A DNA stretch of 63,207 nucleotides, filler included, from Choristocarpus tenellus KU-1152 (Eukaryota > Protista > Phaeophyceae), in NCBI GenBank assembly GCA_964200185.2. It is 7 parts of 7 records of this genome, joined end to end, with 100 filler letters (N's around TTAATTAATTAA, not from the genome) between each part and the next. Parts side by side here need not be neighbours in the genome. Positions count along the whole stretch, not along the records: positions 17,835 to 37,520 come from CAXNAD020000453.1; positions 37,621 to 45,210 come from CAXNAD020005913.1; 5 more parts are not named here. One strand, written 5' to 3'. Made by a program: the position numbers and the translations under genes. Under the pieces are notes generated by a model, which did no database searches, was not told the DNA's origin, and was given only the letters and a program-made list of their open reading frames with translations. Positions 26,901 to 39,337 of the stretch are shown one piece after another (position 1 is the first letter of the stretch; each line of letters begins with the position of its first letter).

Positions 26901-29900
26901 ACCAACGAGTCATTGTTCACCTCTGATGATACATACAACCACAAATTCCAAACCACAAGTACAACAAGAAAAAGAGGAGTTACAAAATATAGTATAGTTA
27001 CACAAACACGATATTGCAATAAATACAATGTAGTCATACAAATGATCTAACTAAAAAAGTGGAGGAGCTTGTTTATACATTCATCTGGGTATGACAAGTC
27101 CTTCCATGAAAAACATCCCCAAAAAGGACTAATCGGAGTCAGAGGGAGAGGACAGCGTTCATAAATATTTAATAAGATGCCTATCGATTCCTACAGAACA
27201 GGCATTCCAATCTTTACAACACCCATGCTCACAACAAAATCAAATTACCTAGTAAACCAACACAGAAATCAAACACACCTTCCAGCATGTCTGGGAAGTC
27301 ATCTGGAAAATAATACCCAACCATACAAAGTGATGTTGGCCTCCACCTCCAACTCACCGTTGTGTTGCCTGCCCTGAGCACCCTTGTCATGACCCACAGC
27401 AGTGCTACAGGTTTCAACCATGTCTACATCAACCTCAACCAAAGCATCTCCACCACCATGCTTGGCAGCAGCAACAACATCAGCAACCACCATTGCCTCT
27501 TGATCTTCCTGATCCTTCCGCAAACGCTTGAGAAGGAGGAGCTCTGCCCCAATCTGGTCTCGTCTGATCTTGTCAGACATAGGTATCTTTACAACAAACA
27601 AGAAAGACATTGATAACAACTGTTGAGACATAACAACAGCAACATGCCATAAGAGCAGACAAAAACATGTTCCTGAAAGTAGGTGTCTTTATCGCAAACC
27701 TAGCCTCACATGATGAGTACAATCTTGATACAAAGTGCAGTACAACTATAAATGATGCATTTGAACAGGGTGTACACCTGTGGCTCTATGAAGTCTAATA
27801 TTTCAACAATCCAAAACCTATCATACAAGTGGTGGAACTAGAATATACCTTCAATCACAATAGCCTTGAGATTAAACAACAATAGACAAGTTACAAAATA
27901 AACAATAGTGATAGAGACACCATTATACTACAATAGATAAGGGCAGACACAATAGTATATTGGTAGTGTTAGGGATGTGGTTGTAGCTCAAGAGCTCAAG
28001 AACACGCAAGTACAATCACCTCCTTAATGGCAACCAGCTGAAGGGTGGTGGCATGAACAGCTTTGTAGACACATCCTGTAGCCCCATGTCCCAGCTCCTC
28101 TAGCCACACAAGGTTCTGTGATATGTGACTTGAATCCACCTTGGTCTTTGATATGTATGTATGCGTATGTAAGCACATGAATATTCACAGTTAAGTTATT
28201 ATTATTTGCATTAATATTACCATTAAAAGTATACAAAACAAAAAAAGAGATATTCCAACTCCATTAAATGAACCAACAGGCAAGCCCTCACCCATCGATC
28301 CCCAGCACCACCCCCTCCACTAGAGCTGAAGAAAGGGCCGACTGTCCCGTCTGCATTGAGCCCTGCAGGCGTGGTGACCTCCTCTGAGTAATCCCTTATC
28401 CCGCCAGCACCAATTCGGATGCCATGGGTCTTTAGGGTCAAAGAGCCACGATCTGAGAACTTGTATGACTGGTGCTTGTCATTATACCTATGAATCAAGC
28501 AAACAGACAGTTTTCTTCTTCATATTATGTGAAGCATGATAGCTAAATAATTTAAAGAAATTCAACTATTTGATCTAAAAAAGTATTACAAAATATCTTA
28601 AAAGTGCCGTGTTCAAGATGTATAGAAAACGTGGATGAAGATATTCTGTACTTACATTATGAGCACATAGAAGAGTACACTGCACTGATATTATAGACCA
28701 AAACATTACCAACTGATGTCATCAAAAGTCCACATATATACACCAGTTACTGATATCTACGCACTTGAGTGTAGCATTAACAGTAACAGTGTGCATTCCA
28801 AACACCAAGATGGAAAAGGATAGCAAAAACATTCCAATATATAAAACTGGCACCTAATCCATAGAAGACACAGACAGAACCAATGGAACCACAATGATAA
28901 TGATTGTAGTAACAATAACAGTAAAAATGTGATAGCAATCTAATGTATCTTGAACAAAAACTGAGTATCCTCATCACGCCATCCCATTCTCCTTAACTTT
29001 CATCCTCCAATTAACAAGCATCAAAAATTGCCCCACCTGGCCAATGCAGCCCTTGTTCCTCCCGGATTTGAGTTTGTCCCAGGGTTACTGAACATCTTCA
29101 ATTTTGGTGGACGAAGCCCCTCAGAAGTCCCACCACCCTCAACCTCCTCCCCCCCACCCCTATCTGTTTCTTCTTCTTTTGCCTCCACCACCTCCAAATC
29201 TTCCTCCTCAAACGTAGCCTCAGGAGGGTGAGGAGCTTGTTCTGGTGGAGGTGCCACTGCCCGCAATGCCTCCCCCCCTACAACTCCTTCACTGGAAAGA
29301 GCCTCTCCACCACCACCACCCCCATCACTTGCCAACGGTCCTGTAGCTGATGGTGGCGATGGAGCGTGCACTGATGGTGGGGGTGGGGCTGGGGGTGAAG
29401 GGGCTGTGGTTGCAGGGGGAGGGGGGCGCATGACTGGGGTTACTACTCTAGCTGTAGGCGTGTTTGCATCGCTCCTACCATCAACTGATGGAGGTTGGAC
29501 AGGAGTGACAGCCGTTGGCCGCAGCTCAGATGCAGGGGAGTTGGACGTAGAGGTGGGAATTTGTGGTGGGAGGGAAACAGAGATGATGTCTGTTGTTGCT
29601 GTCTCTAAGTGAGGGGGGAGAGGGAGCGCATTAGGGGATTGGTGACGTGAACCTGAAGAGGATGGCGTTCTGGAGTGTCTTCCCCACCCGGTAGCCACCT
29701 TGATTCCAGACGTTGAGATCTTCAGCCCCTTGGGTCGAATGCTGGCCAGTCCTCCACCTCCGCCTTCTCCACCCCCGTTGAGTCGTCGGGTGGCACCCCT
29801 TTCGTCGCGATTGTCCTTGATCCTATTCCCCGATGATCCTAGCCATGATCGCCTCCCCTTCACAGATTTTGACCCTGGTGAAGCCGAGGGTGACCCGGCC

Positions 29901-30780
29901 ATAGAGCCATGCCCAGAGCTGTGTGCTGACCCGTGGTTGGAGTCATGGGAGAGGGTGGAGTCCCGAGAGTTTTTTCTCCTGCCAAGAAGGGCTGGGTGTG
30001 TGGGCGCGGGTGACAAATAATCCGCAGCGGCTGACCTCGTGCTTGATGGCTGTGTCCTGGCCGGGGTGTTAACCAGGGAAGGGGGTCCAGTGGATCCACC
30101 TCCTGTCGAGAGGGATGGCAGTGGGCTTAGGATTGACAAGGATGTGCGCTTACAACGAAAAAGGAAGGAGCGCTGCGAGTGCATACGTACAAAGAAGGGA
30201 AAAAGTACTGCGAGACAAACTCCTCAAGACGAACATTTCCTGATACCAGCAGCGAGGTAGGAGGTCACGAAAATGGACAGCTATTGGTCGATCTCAAAAC
30301 TTCATTATTTGTCCAATCCATCGATACAATGAAAAATGCGCAAGGCTTCACACGAGATCGTCGTCGGGGTGGTTGCACTTTAAGGATCAACCGAAGTGGC
30401 AGTGTAAGGCATGGCCAAAGTTCGTCAGGCCCTTGAAGCTATTTGTATGTCAGATAGTAAGGTTTGGGCGAACATCGAATCTTTGCCCTCTCAGCTGGAT
30501 TCTCCAAGCATTCGCCACATCGCACAAAGGCATAGCAACTACCTCAAATCTAACCTTGGCAGATGACTTCGCCAGAGCCCATCACTTCCAGTGGAGGGGG
30601 ACGTCCTGAATGTCTATTGGGTGGGGTAATCGTGAATGTAGCAGGCCCAGCTTCTTCACTATAATCCGATGCATCATCCTCAAAATCATCATCATCAAAA
30701 GTTAGAGCACCTTTCGAGAAGCTGTTGCTTCTGATCAACCTAGACTTGCTGTATTCAACAGGATAGAGTAGTGCATTCAT
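17903..30780 (-). CDS. MAP kinase kinase (MAP2K/MEK/MKK3-like) with Pro/Ser-rich N-terminus and long insertions; multi-exon, 3' end lost in a gap
   Basis: Phase-consistent exons: ~30148-29037, 28487-28292, 28139-28020 (LGHGATGCV, VAIKE), 27586-27358 (alphaC IGAEL), 26922-26819 (MEYCSGGSLQ), 26300-26157 (IHRDIKPSN), 25614-25518 (VKLADFG), 24882-24668 (SFVGTALYMSPERL, DVWSLG), 19968-19597 (YWNLV, CLAYEPEERGTAQQLLEHPFL), 19154-19068, 18601-18519, 18264-~17903. The putative first exon from ATG 30780 (MNALLYPVEY...) has an uncertain donor. Confidence 0.9.
18055..18078 (-). repeat. (TTAGGG)-type telomeric hexamer x4 inside a kinase exon
   Basis: AACCCT x4 on the + strand, encoding a Gly-Leu run in the minus-strand exon. 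Confidence 0.8.
22355..22525 (-). repeat. SINE/LINE-tail-like dispersed repeat, minus-strand copy
   Basis: The minus strand reads GGATGTCTGAACACAA...AGAAGCAAGGC...GTGCAGTGCCTTTAACCACAGGTCGGGATAGTCCCCAA, matching the copies at 3845-4052, 45985-46170 and 46850-47040. Confidence 0.55.
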
Positions 30781-31380
30781 ACCAAGGAAAGCACGAAGGA
30801 TGGAGTAAGTAGACACTGGCGGGTTGTAAATGGAAAGAGCAGATTGATTCGCGAGAGGACACTGCTAGTTAAGGGACCACCTAAAGATGCTGAAGTGGAA
30901 TCTGAAGGTCTAGGGTCAGCATAAAGATCCGAAGTTGTCGACAGGTGAAACGCACCTATCAAAGAAAGATGTGATCCTATTCATGTGCCCTTTCTGACGG
31001 CGTGCTAGACCTGTCTAGACACACCTAAGCCCCGAACCCACAATTGTGTGCAAAGATGACCATGGTTGATTTTCTTATTGTAGGTTCCTTAACCCTGAGA
31101 GAGAAAAGAATATACAAAAGAATTGGCTCTATTCCTCCTGATATTTTTTATATTTTATTTTTGTAATATATAAAAAAAGTGTTCTTGTGTTCACTTTCGA
31201 CCCTTTCTCCTTCAAAGAAATTGGAAATACACCATCCACAAACCAGAAAGCCTCCTCCCTTTCTTTCTAACTTCCAAGGATCCTTTTTCTCTAGTTTGTT
31301 TAGAGAAAACAGCAGTCCTGTTGGTGTCATATTCTAGTCGAACAAAACTCGAGAATCCTACTGTCTAAGGTCGCGCCACG

Positions 31381-34335
31381 ATGATGAGCTTCAAGGCTGT
31401 TCTCTTTGCGCTTGCCGCTATGGTGTCATCGATCTTGGCTGCAACGACGCCGGTGAGGTGTCTGGTCTTAAAGAGATGCAGATAACTTGGGAGATCGCTC
31501 TGGATCGATGGCCTATAACATTCTTGTGACAAGTGACAATTCGTGCCGATAGATGAGATATATGAAGATCTATATACTGCAGTGTGCGCTATGTTTAAAA
31601 TCTAACGATGGGCAACATTTCAGTCCTCTAAAGTGTTCTTTTCTGGTTGCAAAAGGTCGCATTATTCCCGCCTTGACATCTCTCCGACATCACATACTCC
31701 ACAGCTCACGAGGGAGTGCTGCAAGGTTCCTTCCTCTCGTTTTCATAAACTGCATTTCACAAATACCACACGATTGTATTGTGTCACATTTCGTTGAAGC
31801 ACAACCTCTCCCTCAACCCCCACCCAGTTATTCGTGTCTTTCGTTCCTTTGGGGCTCTTCTGTTTCAGATATATATTTATATCCGACATCATCTGACCTG
31901 ATCTAAAGTGATCAATGATCCAATGATCTTTTTTGCCCGTATCAGGCGGGTATGGCATACCTTGAAGCCAACCGAGCGAAGGAGGGAGTTGTGGAGCTTC
32001 CCAGCGGTCTTCAGTACCGCGTCATCAAGTCTGGTCCCGAAGGAGGAAAGAGCCCGGCAGTGTCTACTCCTTGCGAATGCCACTACAAAGGTGAATATTG
32101 GAATTCGAAGGTTATGCCTCGCACGTACGCCGTTTCCCGCTGTAGTGACCCTCGCACTGCTTGTTACCAATGGAGCACAAGTTGGCAGTTGTTATACCCG
32201 CGAAGTCGTCTGTCTGTTCAAAGAGATGGATTCAAGCTTCTCGAACAGACGTCGTGGTTTACCCATACAACATTTCACATGTGCCCCTCCGTAACATAGC
32301 ACCTCTGTGTACCAAGAAAACATTCCATCCTTGGCCTTCATCGATTCAAGGAAAGGCCCTGATGAGGGGGGCAGGTCATCCATCATGCCTGCTGCCCATT
32401 GGAGCACAAACATTGTTGGGGATAGATCATTGTTGCTATGTCTATGATAGGATGGTTATCACCAGTGGCTTGCCAATTATCGATGCCGTACACACACATT
32501 GTTGGGTATGTATAATTGTTGCTGTGTCTATGATAGATTTGTGGTCATCAGTGGTCTGCCAGTTATCAACGCCATACAACCCTTGGTGTGACCACGGCAT
32601 GCAATCTATTATAACCCTCTTTTTTTCAATCCTCTCCAGTGTTAGCCCTAGCCTCGAGTTGCTTGTGCTTCACAAATGCCAACCAATGCTGTACAAGTAA
32701 TACATGATGACAACTACAGTGCAAATCATGGTGTTTTTTGTAGTCCACGCTCTTCGATTTATTTAGGATTTTTGTCAAAACTGGATCACTATTGTACTGT
32801 AGGTAGCGACTTTTGTACAAAAAAAGTTCAAACAGAATATCCTAAGTGAACTACATCAATCTATTTTCCCAAGTCTTGGAGGGAATTACTGATCAGTTGT
32901 TTCAAAGATCAGAAACAAATAGCCATCTTCATGTGAAGAGATGTTTCTCAGAGAATGGTGCTCTAGATTTTTTTGGTTTCATTCAATTTGCACATTTGTC
33001 TAACCCACTGCTTTGCCCCTACCATAATACCCTTGATCCTGATATGCCCTTGCTCTAGGAATGAAGTCTAAATGGCTTAGTTTGGTTTTGAATGGAGGAT
33101 ACTTTCCATCATTTGAAAATGGGTTCAGAAATTTACAAATATATTTTGGTTCATTGTTCGGGTTCTCTCTTAGATAAAACTCGAAAATATTCAGGGGACG
33201 ATTATCAAACACACCATCAACAAGTTTTAGGAGTGATTGGAAAAAAAAAAAAAGTTTTATTTTTCTTCTCGGTCTTCTGATCTCTATTTATCATTGCCTT
33301 CCTAATCAGGTTCAACAATTGAAGGAACTGAATTTGACAGCTCTTTCAAGCGCGGAAAGCCCACTACCTTTGCTCCCAACCAGGTACCTATGTTTTTTTG
33401 TATGTATGTATTGCATCCACTGTGCAGAATACATTAATGAAATAGTTGCCTTTTTTGTGTACGGAAGGAGGATAAATTAACAGATTGAGGTGCAGGTGAG
33501 GTAAAGGTTTTCATATCACCCTACGGAGACCAAAATATTGGGAACGGAGAGTTGCTATTGCATTTTTTTTTCCAATTTTTTTTTCATCTTGTTCGTCTGG
33601 TCTTGCTGGTTCACCTTGGTCCTTCTAGTGTATTCCAGCACCCACCTCTTCGTTGCATGGAGTACTGCACTTCACCAACTCGAATTGTGGCAAACATCCC
33701 CTTCTTTTTGGTTTCATACTAGTGTATAGAGAGAGATGTCTGCCACCTCTCGCTTTTTTTTATTTGTTTTGTATATAGGTGATCAAGGGATGGACAGAGG
33801 CAATGCAGTTGATGAAGGAGGGAGACTACTGGGAGCTTACCATTCCCTCAGGTCTGCCTTCCCCCTCCACAAATGCATTTGCACATTCACTAAACACATG
33901 GACATGTAAAATTGGACACTAAACCCTATTGTCCGAGTGCTGTATGGAAGTGTATTCTTGTGTTTGATGTGGTAGTATTGATGTTTGTGAGTGTTAACAG
34001 GTGCAACATATTCTATTGTTCATAGAGAAAAGTGCTCCAAAATAGCTTCTTTTTCAAAAATCAATGAACAGTAAGGTAGATAGGCAGATAGGCAGAACCT
34101 TGCCTTTCGCTATACTCCATATTGATTGGTTTTTGAGCTCGTGTTCCTGGTGGTTTGTGTATGTTTGTGTCTTGAACATGTTACCTGTGCATACATGCAA
34201 AATCACAACCCCCCTCCCTCTGATGCAGAGCTAGCCTATGGAACCAGGCAGCGCGGGAGGTACATCACCCCTGGTTCGGCGCTTGTATTTGAACTGGAGC
34301 TCATCCGTGTGATAGGGCAGGGTGCTTATGTTTAG
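31381..34335 (+). CDS. Secretory-pathway Mip/FKBP-type peptidyl-prolyl isomerase, isoform using terminal exon 5a (...IRVIGQGAYV*)
   Basis: Exons: 31381-31452 (signal peptide MMSFKAVLFALAAMVSSILAATTP), 31946-32090 (YLEANRAKEGVVELPSGLQYRVIKSG...CHYKG), 33310-33383 (GTEFDSSFKRGKP), 33779-33851 (VIKGWTEAMQLMKEG), 34229-34335 (ELAYG...ITPGSALVFELELI). All introns are GT-AG and phase-consistent. Confidence 0.9.
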
Positions 34336-34506
34336 TATGCCTTCAAGTCATTCTGCATTGTAGTGGCCTTGTTTTGTTGTTTGTGGTTTGTTATAGTAAG
34401 TAATTAGATGAGCCGTGATGATTTTCTAATAATATGTGATTTTTGTGATGCCTATGTGCTTGTGACTTTGTCACTACTCATAACACAACACAAACTGTTG
34501 CTGCAG

Positions 34507-34616
34507 AGCTTGCTTATGGAGACAGCCAACGGGGACAGTACATCACGCCAGGAGCAGTCCTGGTATTTGAGTTGGAGCTCATCAAGGTCAAGGGGAAGAC
34601 CTCTAGTGAGCTGTGA
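34507..34616 (+). CDS. Alternative duplicated terminal exon 5b of the FKBP gene (...IKVKGKTSSEL*)
   Basis: It has a CTGCAG acceptor in the same phase as exon 5a and an open frame ELAYGDSQRGQYITPGAVLVFELELIKVKGKTSSEL ending in TGA at 34614-34616. Confidence 0.85.
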
Positions 34617-37231
34617 CTCTTGTGAGATGCACTTAAGGGACATAACTAACCTGTTGCTGCTGCTTCTTTGTTGGTGTTGTAGAGAGGGGTTGTTGATGTG
34701 AACTACCTTTTCAAGTTTGAAGTGTTTTTTTGTATTTCTAGGACTCAGGGCTCCTACACATATATCTTTGTATTAACTGTGCTGCTGTGAGCGCTGTTTG
34801 AAGTAGGTTGCCTGATCCGGGTAGACTGTTTTATGGAGGCGTTTCATTTCATCAGTCGTTATCAATGACAACTCTAGTGAATCAGGTTTCACTTGCAGCT
34901 GTTTCAAAGTTGATTTTTGTAACATTTGTTTGAGCCTGCCCTGTTGCTCTTTGACTGCTGCTATGTTGCAAGTTAGAGAGACATGCGTGGACTGAAATCA
35001 AATCGTTGCAGAAAATTGTTGGCATAGTGGAGACAAGAGAGCGGGTTTTCTTTACTGGAAAGAGAGAAGATAATCACAAAGACTCTTAATAGGACAACAG
35101 CAATCTCAAAGTGCAATGACCGTGCAGGCTGTGATTGTTCATGGATAATGAAGTCATGTTATATATATATCTGATCAGAATGGTGCAGAACAGGGATAAT
35201 ACCTACATAATCCAATGCTGTAGGTGGTTTGTATTGCTTGGTGAGTTGATACTTGTCAACCTCTCCTTATCAAGTTCTCCATTCATACTATGGATCAAAT
35301 GGGAGAACTCATGTGCTGTGGAAAAGGACATCTTGCCAGAATATATCCTCTGGTTACTTCATCAAAACCGGTTGAGCTAGAAATGATCTGATGATCTGCT
35401 AGAAAGCTGAGACTGTGTGCTGTTCTTTCATAATGAGTTCACTCCCTGCACCTCCATTCCTCTGCCAATTTAGTCCATCTTTCATCTAAATGATTGCATT
35501 TCCCTCAACAGAGCAACGCAGACAGAAGTACAAATGCCATGTACTTTTATCTATATGCTAACTAGATCAGTCAGCTTTGCTTGACATGGGAGTGTACCTG
35601 CAAAACTAGTAGGTGTGTCTGAGTTGTGAAATTTTTATTGACGAGTTTGTAGACCAACAACTTTGTTATAGGAATAAGAATGACATAATTGGTGGAATAT
35701 TGACTGTTTGCAGATATGTGTGGTGGGTTATAGAAAGGTTAACATCTTTTGGATCTATTGCGGAGTTTTGACTGGAAAACTTCCAGAAGCATACTCTATG
35801 AAAGGGAGGCATCGACAGGGTGCTATCCTAGGTCTTTGCCCCCCTGACTCATCAAATTCTCACACTCAAAGGATATGCTCTTCGAGATAGGTAGATTTCT
35901 TATGCCTTTTCCCAAGTCCCTTGGTGTTCGCCCCCTGGCTCCACACTCATCCCAATATTCAACAGTTCCAGCAACTATCAACGCCGCATAGATGAAAGAC
36001 CGAGAGGCAACAAGCACATATCTATTTATATCATGGGGCTAGTGTACGTGGAAAACTAAAATACTGCCACCTGCGCCCATTTCTGACATCTGTGCAACAA
36101 TCAGAGTAACCGTTTCTCCGTGTATTCGAAAACATACATGATCACTAGGCAAAATGATAAATGGTCTTGTTGCCACCTTGTCAAAAACATCGTCAATTAA
36201 TTTGCAGTCAGTGTCTAAAGAAAAGCTAGAGCAGCATACCTTCACTCATAATTCCGGTCATGAGGAGTTGGTCTGAGGATGTATTAATAATCTCTTTCAT
36301 CCATTTTTCCGTAGGTGTTTTATATTGACACTTTACAACCAAACATGATGATGCTGGACCTGGTTTGTACTCCACATGCTGCATGACTATATTCCAACCG
36401 AAACTAGGAACCTAGACAGGACAAATCAGACTGGGTACAACAACGTCTGCATTAATCAGCAGGTGGGGCAATCACAATGACTGCTATGAATAAGAGTACC
36501 ACCATGAAATCAAGCAGAAGGTCCATCAGAGGGACTTACAGTCAACATTGCCATCAATAAACCATCCTAAGAGTGCCAGGAGGACCACAGCAGCCTGCAA
36601 CCTCGAATACCCACCACATCCACTCCTTGCTCGTAAACATGATGATACTGTAGGGGCCTTGCTGGTGAAGAACTCCAATGTGCTTTTGAGGGGTCAATGT
36701 TTGTGTCATCGTACAACATATGTATCGCACCCTTCCCTGTTTAATTCAACACAGTGTCACCAGATGCAGCCTGGTCCTGGCAAAACAAGGTTGTGTGGAC
36801 AACAATGATGTAAAGGCATCACAGACATAGGCAAGGAGTGGACCAGGATTAGGCAGTATCCATGCTAGCATCACCCCAGGAGTAGAGGCACGAATTATGC
36901 CTACCTTCTGACAGCTGGCTATTATAGAAACTAGTGAGAAACAACAAAAATCCGAGCAGGGTACAACTGTGCATACCTGCAGGAAGGGAAACCGTTCTAG
37001 GTCCAGGAGGCATCCTTTACGGTTTACGATCCTGTCCATTAGGACTCACACCTCTGGGCTGGTGAAATATTCGTTCATTTCAAAGTTAACCCTCTCACAC
37101 TCATAGCCCTCCAATATTATCCTCATTTGTGTGAAGTGATGAAAATTCAAACAATGAACGCACCATCACCAGACCTCAGAGGCATAACACAATACCAAGA
37201 AGGCACAGAAAGGTCTACATCATACAACAGT

Positions 37232-37641
37232 GAGCCAAAGTAAACGAGAGCTACCAAGGTTTTGGGGGCGTTTTACCTTTTAAGTCTGTTTTGCAGTATT
37301 TTGCCATTCACCCATATTTCTATGGATGAAATTCTAAGTTTGACTTGAGAGCGTTTATTTCTCTATTGTTTGAAGCTCTTCCAACACAATTCAGATAATA
37401 TCCTACACATACTTGTAACAAAAGTCGAATTTTACATTTATTTAGCTCGAAGTATCTGGGGTGGGTGGCGGCTGTCCATTTGGGGTCGATTTTTTTATGT
37501 CACGATTTTTGGGTGATTTGNNNNNNNNNNNNNNNNNNNNNNNNNNNNNNNNNNNNNNNNNNNNTTAATTAATTAANNNNNNNNNNNNNNNNNNNNNNNN
37601 NNNNNNNNNNNNNNNNNNNNCCCCCCCAGATACTTTGAGCC
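37232..37641. mobile_element. MITE subfamily C copy adjoined by a subfamily B copy (spans a scaffold gap)
   Basis: It starts GAGCCAAAGTAAACGAGAG, homologous to the 4564-4822 end. GCTCGAAGTATCTGGGG begins at ~37445, and CCCCCCCAGATACTTTGAGCC follows the gap. Confidence 0.6.
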
Positions 37642-39337
37642 ATACTCACAGGCACATCAAGCCTTACGAGTTCTGCTCCGTGCAGCATAAGAATCAGAAG
37701 TTATATCAAAGGTTTGGTGTAGGTTAGATGTTATTAACAGTAATCCTGCTTTACATAGGAATGCAAGACAGGCTATCCATGTTATCTCTTTCGCAAGAGG
37801 GATATTACTGGACCAGGTTGAAATTATACAATGATGCGGTTGAGACCTGTCCGGCGTCTAATGTATAGGCCCTGGTATTGGCGGTATAAAGGCTCCTGGG
37901 AGTACAAGATATAGACAATCGAGACGGAACCTCTCCCTGATAACTCTAGATATCACTCTTTAAACCACTAAAGAAGAAAGTGCCCCCTATCATCAAGACT
38001 CTACATATATATAGCGGGGGATGTTACTATGGTGAACCCACTTAGTCATCCATTAATTCCCCAGACTTTGCTACCTCAATCTCGCAAACAAGGATATTTT
38101 CATTCCCAACTATCCCTTCACCTTTCCTTCCTTCCCCTCGGCACCTGAAATGTGTTCAAGGGTTTGTGGCGAGAGGGAGTGGTGTGGGGAAAGGAGGGGA
38201 ATGGTGGCGATGTGTCACTCCACTGCAGTCAACAATGTTGATGAAGTGCATATTGCTTGTCTCCTTTCCAACTCCACTGTCACTGGTGCTGACACCACTT
38301 GCGTATCCTCTTTTCTTGGGTGTGCCACCACAGGGTCTTTATTGGTGGCGAACGCCTTACCCTTTTGTGGTACAGGTTGTATCTCTGTTAGATTGCATAT
38401 CTTCACACCAATCTATAGTATGTCCGACTGTGCTTTGAGTGTCAAGGTGGTCTAATGAGGGTGTTGTTGATAGTTATAATTCCCGTCCTCAAACCCTCCT
38501 TACTACTAGTAGGCGCCAAGTAAGTCCCGACCACCTCTTCCTTATACAAGTACACCTGGTTTATCTTCCCTTCTTTCATTTTACCTATTAAAATGACTGC
38601 AAGTGACCCTCTTCAAAATAGTACTACTAGTAGTATGTAAATACCACATATTGCTCTCGCCAGTTCAGTTCCAAAGGCATCCTCCTCCCTCCATGCTCCC
38701 CCCCCATGCTTGAACGATGCATTGCAATTACAAACTTGTTGAGATCATAGGTACTGTGAACAGGTTTTGAAAGAAATGGTGACCACAAAATGTTTTTTCC
38801 TATACATAGTGTGCGCCCCTGGTAGATAGAATAATAATTTTGTGATCTCCAGCGTCACTGCTGCCCTTCCCAAAGAATGATTACAACATTGTGGTCTGTT
38901 TATTGTGAAATTTCCCTTAATCACCACTTTGAAATTACTGAGAACAGTGTAAGTACAGAACCTGGAAAATGATCCACCAATTAGTATAGGCAACAAGTTA
39001 CAACATGGTGCCCTTGTGTGGTAAGTTGTGAAGTACCTTGTGGTGATGATGCCTGTGTGTATTGTCATCAACGTGCACCAAACAAAGACAAGATATACAC
39101 AATTTTTGATATAGAATAGAAATCAGAGAGGCGGATCAAGGGCAGTCAATCAACCATTACAGCAGCACAATGTACCAATCAACTCTACTTTCCTTAATGA
39201 AGACATTGGCTTTTGACGGCCTGACAGTGTAGTTTGGTGGTGTTATTGGGAGCTATGAACCACATCGTGACTTGTTGTATTGTACATTATTTTATTGTCT
39301 TGCAATCATTGCAGAGCTCAGGAAAAGGTGATTCTAG

